32,000 bases of DNA from Synechococcus elongatus PCC 6301 (GTDB taxonomy: Bacteria > Cyanobacteriota > Cyanobacteriia > Synechococcales > Synechococcaceae). Below the pieces are notes generated by a model, which saw nothing but the letters and a program-made list of their open reading frames with translations, searched no databases and had not been told where the DNA came from. The stretch is taken from NCBI RefSeq assembly GCF_000010065.1, contig NC_006576.1, positions 210,001-242,000 on the forward strand, read 5' to 3'. The translations under genes and the position numbers were made by a program. Positions 25,566-32,000 of the stretch are shown piece after piece. Positions within the stretch are counted from its first letter, which is position 1. Every line of letters starts with the position of its first letter.

Positions 25566-25637
25566 TGTCATCGCAGATCAATCAACTACCTGCAGGAATT
25601 GTGCTCTAGGAGCGATCGATTGCTCCAACCGCGCTTC

Positions 25638-27608
25638 CTAAGTGCCTTGACGCAGCTTATCGAGCACCGAGCGATCTTCCAAGGTGGAAGTGTCGCCCGA
25701 AACTTCTTGACCAGCGGCGAGACTGCGCAACAGACGGCGCATAATCTTGCCCGATCGCGTTTTGGGCAGCGCCTCACTGAAGCGAATTTCATCGGGACGA
25801 GCGATCGCGCCAATTTCTTGGGCGACGTGTTTCTTCAGGTCTTTAACTAACTCATCGCCAGTCTCAATGCCCGATTCCAGCGTGATGAAAGCAACAATGC
25901 CTTCACCTTTGAGATCGTCAGGCCGACCGACAACTGCAGCTTCGGCAACTGCCGGATGGGAGACCAAGGCCGACTCAATTTCCATCGTGCCGAGACGGTG
26001 ACCTGAGACATTGATCACGTCATCGACGCGCCCCATCACCCAGAAATAGCCATCGGCATCGCGGCGCGCGCCATCGCCGGCGAAGTAGAGATACTGGCCA
26101 TTTTGCGGAGGAATATGCTCCCAATAGGTGCGACGGAAGCGATCGGGATCGCCGTAGACCGTGCGCATCATGCCTGGCCAAGGATGGCGAATCACCAAGT
26201 AGCCACCTTCGTTATCCGGCACCGATCGCCCATCCAGATCGACAACGTCTGCCAAGATGCCCGGGAAAGGTTTAGTGGCAGAGCCCGGTTTGGTCGGCAC
26301 GGCTCCCGGCAGCGACGTAATCATATGGCCGCCCGTTTCGGTCTGCCACCAGGTATCGACAATCGGGCAGCGATCGCCACCAATGACGCGGTGATACCAG
26401 ATCCAAGCTTCGGGATTGATGGGCTCTCCGACGGTGCCCAACAGTCGCAATGAGGAGAGGTCGCGAGCGGCGGGATGCTGCTCACCCATTTTGATGAAGG
26501 CGCGGATCGCTGTTGGGGCTGTGTAGAAGGTCGTAACGCCATACTTTTCAATCACATCCCAGAAGCAACCGGGATTAGAAGCGCGGGGGGCACCCTCATA
26601 CATCAGTGTGGTCGCACCGTTGGAGAGCGGCCCGTAGACGATGTAGCTGTGACCGGTAATCCAGCCGACGTCCGCCGTACACCAGTAGACATCGGTATCC
26701 TGCAGGTCAAAAGTCCACTGGGTGGTGATGTGGGCGTAGAGGTTGTAACCGCCGGTGGTGTGGACGACACCCTTGGGTTTGCCGGTGCTACCGGAGGTGT
26801 AGAGCACGAAGAGCAGATCTTCGCTGTCCATCGGCTCCGCCGGACAGGTAGCGCTGACGGTCTGTTGCAGCTCATGCCACCAATGGTCGCGCCCCGGTTC
26901 CATGTGGATGTCTTGCTTCGTCCGTTCCACCACGAGGACATGCTGGACGCTGGGGCAGGCATTGCCTTCCAGGGCTTGATCAACAGAATCCTTGAGGGGC
27001 ACGATCGCATCTTTGCGCCAGCCACCATCCGCCGTGACAACCAGCTTGGCTTGGCCATCCACCAAGCGATCGCGCAGTGCTTCCGCACTAAAGCCCCCAA
27101 AGACAACGCTATGCACTGCGCCAATCCGCGCACAGGCCAGCATGGCGATCGCCGCTTCGGGAATCATCGGCATGTAAACGCCAACGACATCACCTTTTTG
27201 AATGCCCAAGGATTTGAGCACGTTGGCGAACTGACAGACCTCGCGATGCAGTTGCGCGTAGGTCAGCGTCCGTGAGTCACCGGGTTCGCCTTCCCAGATA
27301 ATCGCCGCTTTATTTTTGCGCCAAGTCGTCAAGTGGCGATCGAGGCAGTTGTGGGAAATATTGAGTTTGCCACCGACAAACCACTTCGCAAACGGCGGAT
27401 TGCTCCAGTCCAGCGTCTGTTGCCAAGGCTCAAACCAGTCCAGCTCCTGAGCTGCCAATTCGCCCCAAAAAGCCACCGGATCGGCCGCCGCTTTCTGGCA
27501 GAGCGCTTCGTACGCTTCGGGATTGATTCGCGCCGCACTGGCAAATTCTGCCGAGGGAGGAAAAACCCGCTTCTCTTGGAGGATCGACTCGATCGTTGGC
27601 TGGCTCAT
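25638..27608 (-). CDS. acs: Acetyl-CoA synthetase (acetate-CoA ligase), 656 aa
   Basis: It carries [18 protein letters not shown]..., the AMP-binding motif [19 protein letters not shown], and a C-terminal [11 protein letters not shown]. The match to the Acs family is full length. Confidence 0.95.
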   Translation of the reverse strand: MSQPTIESILQEKRVFPPSAEFASAARINPEAYEALCQKAAADPVAFWGELAAQELDWFEPWQQTLDWSNPPFAKWFVGGKLNISHNCLDRHLTTWRKNKAAIIWEGEPGDSRTLTYAQLHREVCQFANVLKSLGIQKGDVVGVYMPMIPEAAIAMLACARIGAVHSVVFGGFSAEALRDRLVDGQAKLVVTADGGWRKDAIVPLKDSVDQALEGNACPSVQHVLVVERTKQDIHMEPGRDHWWHELQQTVSATCPAEPMDSEDLLFVLYTSGSTGKPKGVVHTTGGYNLYAHITTQWTFDLQDTDVYWCTADVGWITGHSYIVYGPLSNGATTLMYEGAPRASNPGCFWDVIEKYGVTTFYTAPTAIRAFIKMGEQHPAARDLSSLRLLGTVGEPINPEAWIWYHRVIGGDRCPIVDTWWQTETGGHMITSLPGAVPTKPGSATKPFPGILADVVDLDGRSVPDNEGGYLVIRHPWPGMMRTVYGDPDRFRRTYWEHIPPQNGQYLYFAGDGARRDADGYFWVMGRVDDVINVSGHRLGTMEIESALVSHPAVAEAAVVGRPDDLKGEGIVAFITLESGIETGDELVKDLKKHVAQEIGAIARPDEIRFSEALPKTRSGKIMRRLLRSLAAGQEVSGDTSTLEDRSVLDKLRQGT

Positions 27609-27721
27609 GGGAAGTGGCTGAAACGTGCTTGAATACGGGCGAGAAGGCGCGATCGCCCCCTGAAAACCATACCCAATCCCTTTGGGGGACGGGTAGGCAC
27701 GTAGTGTTTTTTGACAGACCC

Positions 27722-28414
27722 ATGCCCCAAGCCGTTATTTACGATCTCGATGGTCTGCTGCTAGACACGGAGCCGATCCACGCCCAGGTCTACGACGAAG
27801 TTGCTCAGCAGTTTGGTGTTCAGCTCGATCCCGCCTTTCAGGCCAAATTGCGCGGTCGTCCCTCCCGTGAGACTTCACGCTTGATTGTGGAAACCCTCAA
27901 TCTCCCCGTGACGCCGGCGGAGTTTCTGGCGATTCGCAAACCGATCATCGAAGCGCGAGTCGCCCAATCGCCAGCCCGTCCGGGTGCTGCGGAATTGGTG
28001 CAGGCGTTGCATCAGCGGCAGTTTCCCCAAGCGATCGCCACCAGTTCGACCCAACCGGCATTTGCGATCAAAACCCAGCAGCACCAGCATTGGTTTCGGC
28101 TGATCGAGACTGTTGTTTGCGGCGATGACCCGCAACTGGAACGGCCCAAACCTGCGCCGGATATTTTTTGGCTGGCGGCCAAGCGCCTTGGGGTCAAACC
28201 CGAAGCCTGTTTGGTCTTCGAAGATTCCGTCAGTGGCGTACGGGCAGCCCTGGAGGCGGGGATGACAGTTATCGCTGTGCCTGATCCTGCCGATCGCGAT
28301 CGCTTGCCCTCGGAAGTGCACTACTGCTTAGAAAGTTTGGCCGACCTCTTGGACCGCGATCGCTATCCTGACCTCTTAGCGGACTTGACGGCCCTACCGG
28401 CTTTGCCTCGATAG
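27722..28414 (+). CDS. HAD-superfamily hydrolase, subfamily IA (CbbY/beta-phosphoglucomutase-like phosphatase)
   Basis: From the ATG at 27722 the protein reads [18 protein letters not shown] (motif I DxDGxxxD), with ATSS (motif II) and [22 protein letters not shown] (motif III). The track start at 27596 would overlap the acs start. Confidence 0.8.
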   Translation: MPQAVIYDLDGLLLDTEPIHAQVYDEVAQQFGVQLDPAFQAKLRGRPSRETSRLIVETLNLPVTPAEFLAIRKPIIEARVAQSPARPGAAELVQALHQRQFPQAIATSSTQPAFAIKTQQHQHWFRLIETVVCGDDPQLERPKPAPDIFWLAAKRLGVKPEACLVFEDSVSGVRAALEAGMTVIAVPDPADRDRLPSEVHYCLESLADLLDRDRYPDLLADLTALPALPR

Positions 28415-28417
28415 CAG

Positions 28418-28750
28418 ATGCGGCGTCAATTCAGAGGCATGGAGATGGATCTGCGATCGCAACTGTTGGCTTGGCAAGTAGTCCTGATAGCCGAGGCGCC
28501 GGATTGGACGGCGATCCAACAGCAGGGCCAAGCAATCACTCAGACCCTTGCGCAGACCGAGGGCGATCGCTACCTCACCTATCGACTTGAAATTGAGAAG
28601 CACCTGCGGCTCTTACAGCTGGATCTCAGCTTTTGGCAGCGCAGCCGCGCTTCCCAGAGCCAACATGTCCGGGTTGCAGCTCTACAGCAACGTCAGCAAA
28701 CCCTCATCCGCTACTGTGAAGCAGTGCTTACTGCGATCGCCCAGGCATGA
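28418..28750 (+). CDS. Small conserved cyanobacterial protein resembling the family annotated as heterocyst frequency control protein PatD (from memory)
   Basis: It is 110 aa. The pattern RLEIEKHLRLLQLDLSFWQRSRASQSQHVR...LIRYCEAVL resembles PatD-family proteins as I recall them. Its stop overlaps the next gene's ATG (ATGA at 28747-28750). Confidence 0.45.
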   Translation: MRRQFRGMEMDLRSQLLAWQVVLIAEAPDWTAIQQQGQAITQTLAQTEGDRYLTYRLEIEKHLRLLQLDLSFWQRSRASQSQHVRVAALQQRQQTLIRYCEAVLTAIAQA

Positions 28751-29433
28751 CGCGCTACTTCTACCTGCATGGTTTTGCCTCGGGGCCAGAATCGGCTAAG
28801 GCCAAGTATTTACGCGGCTGCTTTCAGCGGCTAGGCCTAGAGCTGATCTGCCCAGACTTTAACGAGCCCGACTTTTCCAGCCTGACCTTCAGTCGTCAAG
28901 TAGCCCAAGTCGAAGCGCAACTGACCGATGAGCCGACGATCGTGATTGGATCTAGTCTGGGCGGACTGACGGCTGCTTGGCTAGGGCAGCGCAATCCCCA
29001 GATCCAGAAGCTCGTTTTGCTTGCACCGGCTTTTGAATTTCTGGCTCAGTGGTTGCCGCGTATGGATGACTCCGCTCTAGCGCAGTGGCAGCAAGCAGGG
29101 TTTCGTCCGGTTTACCATTGGCGCGATCGCGATTTTCGTCCTCTTCATTGGCAATTTGTGGAAGACCTGCATCGCTGGCAAGATCAAGATTTAAAGCGAT
29201 CGCTGCCCACCTTGATCCTGCATGGCACGGCGGATGAAGTGATCGATTTTGCCGCGAGCGAGCGATTTGCCGTCCAGCGGCCTTGGGTGACGCTGCAAGC
29301 GCTGACCAGTGATCATGCCTTGGGCAATGTCAGTTCGCAAATTTGGCGCGCCTGCCGGCAGTTTGCCGAACTTTCCGTCTGCGATCGCGGAGCGTTGAGT
29401 CAGAAGAGCATTCCGGGCAATCGCCTATCCTGA
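28747..29433 (+). CDS. Alpha/beta hydrolase, YqiA-like esterase (UPF0227)
   Basis: It has an N-terminal YLHGFASGPESAKAKYL, the nucleophile elbow GSSLGG, LILHGTADEVID, and a C-terminal DHALGN. Confidence 0.7.
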   Translation: MTRYFYLHGFASGPESAKAKYLRGCFQRLGLELICPDFNEPDFSSLTFSRQVAQVEAQLTDEPTIVIGSSLGGLTAAWLGQRNPQIQKLVLLAPAFEFLAQWLPRMDDSALAQWQQAGFRPVYHWRDRDFRPLHWQFVEDLHRWQDQDLKRSLPTLILHGTADEVIDFAASERFAVQRPWVTLQALTSDHALGNVSSQIWRACRQFAELSVCDRGALSQKSIPGNRLS

Positions 29434-29468
29434 GGGGCAGTGACCATCTTCAGAATGTCCTGTACGGT

Positions 29469-29768
29469 ATGACATCCTCGCCACTCACGGATCCGCCTAA
29501 CAACGCCTTCGCGACAGAAATCGAGGCTTTCATTCAGCAGATGGCTCCTCAAGAAGGTCCAGGGATTGTGCTCTGTCGGGGTCATGAACTCTACTACTTC
29601 AACGCTGCTGCGATCGCCCGCTGTCCCGACCCTGCCCTACGGGAAGATATGGCCAGCAGTCTGGCTGATCTCGATTTCGCAGCGGAATATCTGGTGGGCT
29701 GGTTGGACGGACAGAGCTATCAACTCCAGCGCTGCACTTGGTCTCATCCGGTCAGCGATCGGGACTAA
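29469..29768 (+). CDS. Hypothetical protein (99 aa)
   Basis: This is the in-frame ATG at 29469 within track ORF 29343..29768, which otherwise overlaps the esterase. It lies in a co-directional gene string. No family is recognised. Confidence 0.4.
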   Translation: MTSSPLTDPPNNAFATEIEAFIQQMAPQEGPGIVLCRGHELYYFNAAAIARCPDPALREDMASSLADLDFAAEYLVGWLDGQSYQLQRCTWSHPVSDRD

Positions 29769-29785
29769 ACCCATTTCCCCCAATC

Positions 29786-30781
29786 ATGAAAGTTGCCTTC
29801 TTCAGCAGCAAAGCCTACGATCGCACCTTTTTTGAGGCAGCCAACGCTGACTATGGCCACGACCTGCAGTTCTTCGAGACGGGGCTCTCTCTAGGAACTG
29901 TTCAACTTGCTACGGGTTTCCGCGCTGTCTGTAGCTTCGTCAACGATCGCCTTGACGCCATCACCCTAGAAGCGCTGGCAGAGCTGGGCGTGGAACATGT
30001 TGCCCTGCGCTGTGCTGGGTTCAATCAGGTCGATTTAAGCGCCGCTGAACGCTTGGGCCTCAGGGTAGTGCGTGTACCGGCCTACTCGCCCCACGCCGTT
30101 GCAGAACATGCGATCGCGTTGATCCTGACGCTCAATCGCAAAATCCATCGCGCCTACGCCCGCACCCGCGAAGGCAACTTTGCCCTGGATGGTTTGGTGG
30201 GCTTTGACCTGAATGGTTGCACCGTTGGCATCATTGGCACGGGACGAATTGGGGCTGTGCTGACGCAAATTCTGCGCGGCTTTGGCTGTCATGTTCTCGC
30301 CCATGACTTGGTGGAAAATCCCGACTGTCTGGCAGCGGGGGCTGTCTACACCGACCTTGATCAGCTCTGGCAAGAGGCTCAAATCATCAGCCTGCACTGC
30401 CCGCTTACACCCCAGACCTATCACCTAGTCAATCGTGAGGCGATCGCCAAAATGCAGCCCGGCACAATGCTGATCAACACCAGTCGTGGCGGTTTAGTCG
30501 ATACCCAAGCGGTGATTGAAGGCCTAAAACTCAAGCGGATCGGGGCGCTGGGCCTAGATGTCTACGAACAAGAAGAACCGCTATTTTTCCAAGACCACTC
30601 GACAGAAATCATTCACGATGACGTCTTTCAGCGCTTGTTAACCTTCCCCAATGTCGTGATCACGGGTCATCAAGCCTTTTTGACGGATACGGCTCTCCAC
30701 AACATTGCCGAAACCACTCTCAGCAATCTGACCGATTTAGAGCAGGGTCGAGCCTGTCCCAATCAGCTGTTCGCTGGGTGA
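29786..30781 (+). CDS. ldhA: D-isomer-specific 2-hydroxyacid dehydrogenase, D-lactate dehydrogenase type
   Basis: The N-terminus [20 protein letters not shown] resembles LdhA. The NAD-binding motif is [10 protein letters not shown], the catalytic region reads SLHCPLT...LINTSRG, and the C-terminal part contains VVITGHQAF. Confidence 0.85.
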   Translation: MKVAFFSSKAYDRTFFEAANADYGHDLQFFETGLSLGTVQLATGFRAVCSFVNDRLDAITLEALAELGVEHVALRCAGFNQVDLSAAERLGLRVVRVPAYSPHAVAEHAIALILTLNRKIHRAYARTREGNFALDGLVGFDLNGCTVGIIGTGRIGAVLTQILRGFGCHVLAHDLVENPDCLAAGAVYTDLDQLWQEAQIISLHCPLTPQTYHLVNREAIAKMQPGTMLINTSRGGLVDTQAVIEGLKLKRIGALGLDVYEQEEPLFFQDHSTEIIHDDVFQRLLTFPNVVITGHQAFLTDTALHNIAETTLSNLTDLEQGRACPNQLFAG

Positions 30782-30788
30782 CGCTACT

Positions 30789-30819
30789 AAAAAGCTGCCT
30801 TGCGGAAACCGAAGGCAGC
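30789..30819 (-). terminator. Rho-independent terminator for the ndh operon on the minus strand; the hairpin may also serve ldhA
   Basis: A perfect 8-bp stem pairs GCTGCCTT (30794-30801) with AAGGCAGC (30812-30819). On the minus strand TTTTT follows it (A-run at 30789-30793). It lies 56 nt downstream of the ndhE stop. Confidence 0.6.
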
Positions 30820-30874
30820 CATTGCTTGCAAGATTCAAGATTTAGTCAAGCTCAGACGCAGATAGGGCGATCGC

Positions 30875-31186
30875 CTACCATTTCAAAAGATTGAACTGTT
30901 CCATATCCACCGTGTTGCGGTTGCGGTAAATCGCTAGCAAGATCGCGAGACCAACCGCCGCTTCTGCCGCTGCTACCGTAATCACAAAAACCGTAAAGAC
31001 TTGGCCGCGAATCAATGTGCCATCCAGATAGTTGGAGAAGGCCATCAGGTTGAGGTTGACGGCATTCAGCATCAATTCGATCGACATCAAGACGCGAACG
31101 GCGTTGCGGCTGGTCACCAACCCATAGACACCAATACAGAACAGGGCGGCAGCCAAGACCAAAAAGTACTCGAGAGGTACAGTCAT
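30875..31186 (-). CDS. ndhE: NAD(P)H-quinone oxidoreductase subunit 4L (NDH-1 subunit E)
   Basis: The 103-aa protein reads [46 protein letters not shown]..., a typical NdhE/NuoK. Confidence 0.9.
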   Translation of the reverse strand: MTVPLEYFLVLAAALFCIGVYGLVTSRNAVRVLMSIELMLNAVNLNLMAFSNYLDGTLIRGQVFTVFVITVAAAEAAVGLAILLAIYRNRNTVDMEQFNLLKW

Positions 31187-31204
31187 GGGATTGTTCCTTA
31201 TCGC

Positions 31205-31810
31205 TTATTTCTTGCCAGCACCTGTCAGCAACTCTTCCCGCGATCGCTCGGGTAGCTGCAAATCTGCGGCCGCACCCGTGATCAGGTCTTCAGGTTCGAA
31301 GTCGCGGCGGGCCAAGACGATCGCCCCAATCATCGCCATCAACAGCAACACCGAAGCCAACTCAAAGGGCAGCAGGTAGTCGCTGAAGAAGTGTTCACCG
31401 ATCAGGTAAATCGCTTCATCGCCACTGGCACCAGGGGTTGGCGTCACCGCCCAAGGGGTCGAAATTACAGTCAGGCTCAGGAGGGCAAAGAGACCGCCAC
31501 AAACCAGAACCGTCAGCCCTTTGCGCAGCCAATTAAACTTGAGTGGTCGGAAGTCTTCCCGTTTGTTGACCAACATGATCGCAAACAGGATTAAGACGTT
31601 GACAGCGCCAACATAAATCAGCACTTGGGCAAAGGCCACAAAGCTGGCATTCAGCAGCAGGTAGAGACCAGCGATGCTGATGAATGCGCCTCCCAGCAAA
31701 AAGGCCGAGTAGACAATGTTGCTGCTGAGTACAACACCTAGGGCTGCCAAAACCACCCCAGCCGTCAGGATGATGAATGTAACTAGTTGAACGCCTTCGG
31801 CAAGAGTCAC
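31205..31810 (-). CDS. ndhG: NAD(P)H-quinone oxidoreductase subunit 6 (NDH-1 subunit G)
   Basis: From a GTG start the protein reads (M)TLAEGVQLVTFIILTAGVV...AQVLIYVGAVNVLILFAIMLV, a typical NdhG/NuoJ of 201 aa. Confidence 0.9.
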   Translation of the reverse strand: MTLAEGVQLVTFIILTAGVVLAALGVVLSSNIVYSAFLLGGAFISIAGLYLLLNASFVAFAQVLIYVGAVNVLILFAIMLVNKREDFRPLKFNWLRKGLTVLVCGGLFALLSLTVISTPWAVTPTPGASGDEAIYLIGEHFFSDYLLPFELASVLLLMAMIGAIVLARRDFEPEDLITGAAADLQLPERSREELLTGAGKK

Positions 31811-31813
31811 GGT

Positions 31814-32000
31814 CTAGTTCTCCTCGTTAGCGGCAGCAGCCTGCTTGTACTGATCGACGAGTTCTTCGGGACGCTGGCCCGCCCGGGGGCGATCGCTCGG
31901 CACCACGTGGGGGTCATACTCGCCTTTGGGCAAGTAAGCGAACTCTCGGAAGGGCGTCACCATTGGATCATCGGTCACTTTGTAGGGCAGACGACCGAGG
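31814..32000 (-). CDS. ndhI: NAD(P)H-quinone oxidoreductase subunit I, C-terminal part; the gene continues past the right window edge
   Basis: My own translation of the minus strand gives ...[61 protein letters not shown], with the stop at 31814-31816. Its position upstream of ndhG-ndhE matches the conserved ndhA-I-G-E order. Confidence 0.8.
   Translation of the reverse strand, partial: LGRLPYKVTDDPMVTPFREFAYLPKGEYDPHVVPSDRPRAGQRPEELVDQYKQAAAANEEN

Noticed and set aside
25747-27632. Long alternative-frame and antisense ORFs inside acs (for example 26475-27275, 26603-27133 and 27333-27632)
   Set aside because: acs is unambiguous over its full length. These ORFs are the usual shadow frames of a GC-rich gene.
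27596-27721. The 42-aa N-terminal extension of the HAD hydrolase ORF
   Set aside because: It would overlap the acs start codon region. HAD motif I (DLDGLLLD) follows the internal ATG at 27722 within 8 residues, as is typical.
1-32000. CRISPR arrays, rRNA/tRNA genes, toxin-antitoxin pairs and known defence-system gene sets
   Set aside because: I saw no regularly spaced repeats other than dispersed HIP1 octamers. I saw no structured RNA gene signatures and no nuclease/ATPase/helicase clusters typical of defence islands.

Overview
The window looks like a cyanobacterial chromosome. The HIP1 palindrome GCGATCGC is very frequent, an ndhI-G-E cluster is present, and GC is about 55-60% in the flanks. 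This fits a Synechococcus elongatus-like genome, which is an inference and was not verified. About two thirds is ordinary core gene content: metH (5' part, running off the left edge and absent from the ORF track), corA, recR, a cytochrome P450, menA, a MarC-family protein, a pentapeptide-repeat protein, an LCP-family protein, a BciB/HCAR-like protein, a SWIM-finger protein, acs, a HAD hydrolase, a YqiA-like esterase, ldhA and ndhE/G/I. The part that stands out is about 10.7 kb (roughly 13.75-24.46 kb). It is AT-rich, carries about 3-4 times fewer HIP1 sites than the flanks by hand count, and sits exactly between two copies of the 10-mer TAGTCATTGC. It has no integrase or transposase. It encodes a translationally coupled signalling operon and a convergent 14-TMS MFS transporter. 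The operon comprises a multi-TM sensor with a PAS domain, a GAF-PAS-GAF-4xPAS histidine kinase, an Rcp1-like receiver, and a REC-PAS-PAS-LOV-GGDEF-EAL protein. The first two ORFs of the operon share one reading frame. A single TAG separates them, and it falls inside a GAF domain. They therefore look like one ~1,807-codon membrane sensor kinase that has been interrupted, or that is read through or re-initiated. I found no CRISPR array, tRNA/rRNA gene, IS element or recognisable defence system. Nothing here can be called a clearly novel system from sequence alone. The island and the split kinase are the best leads.
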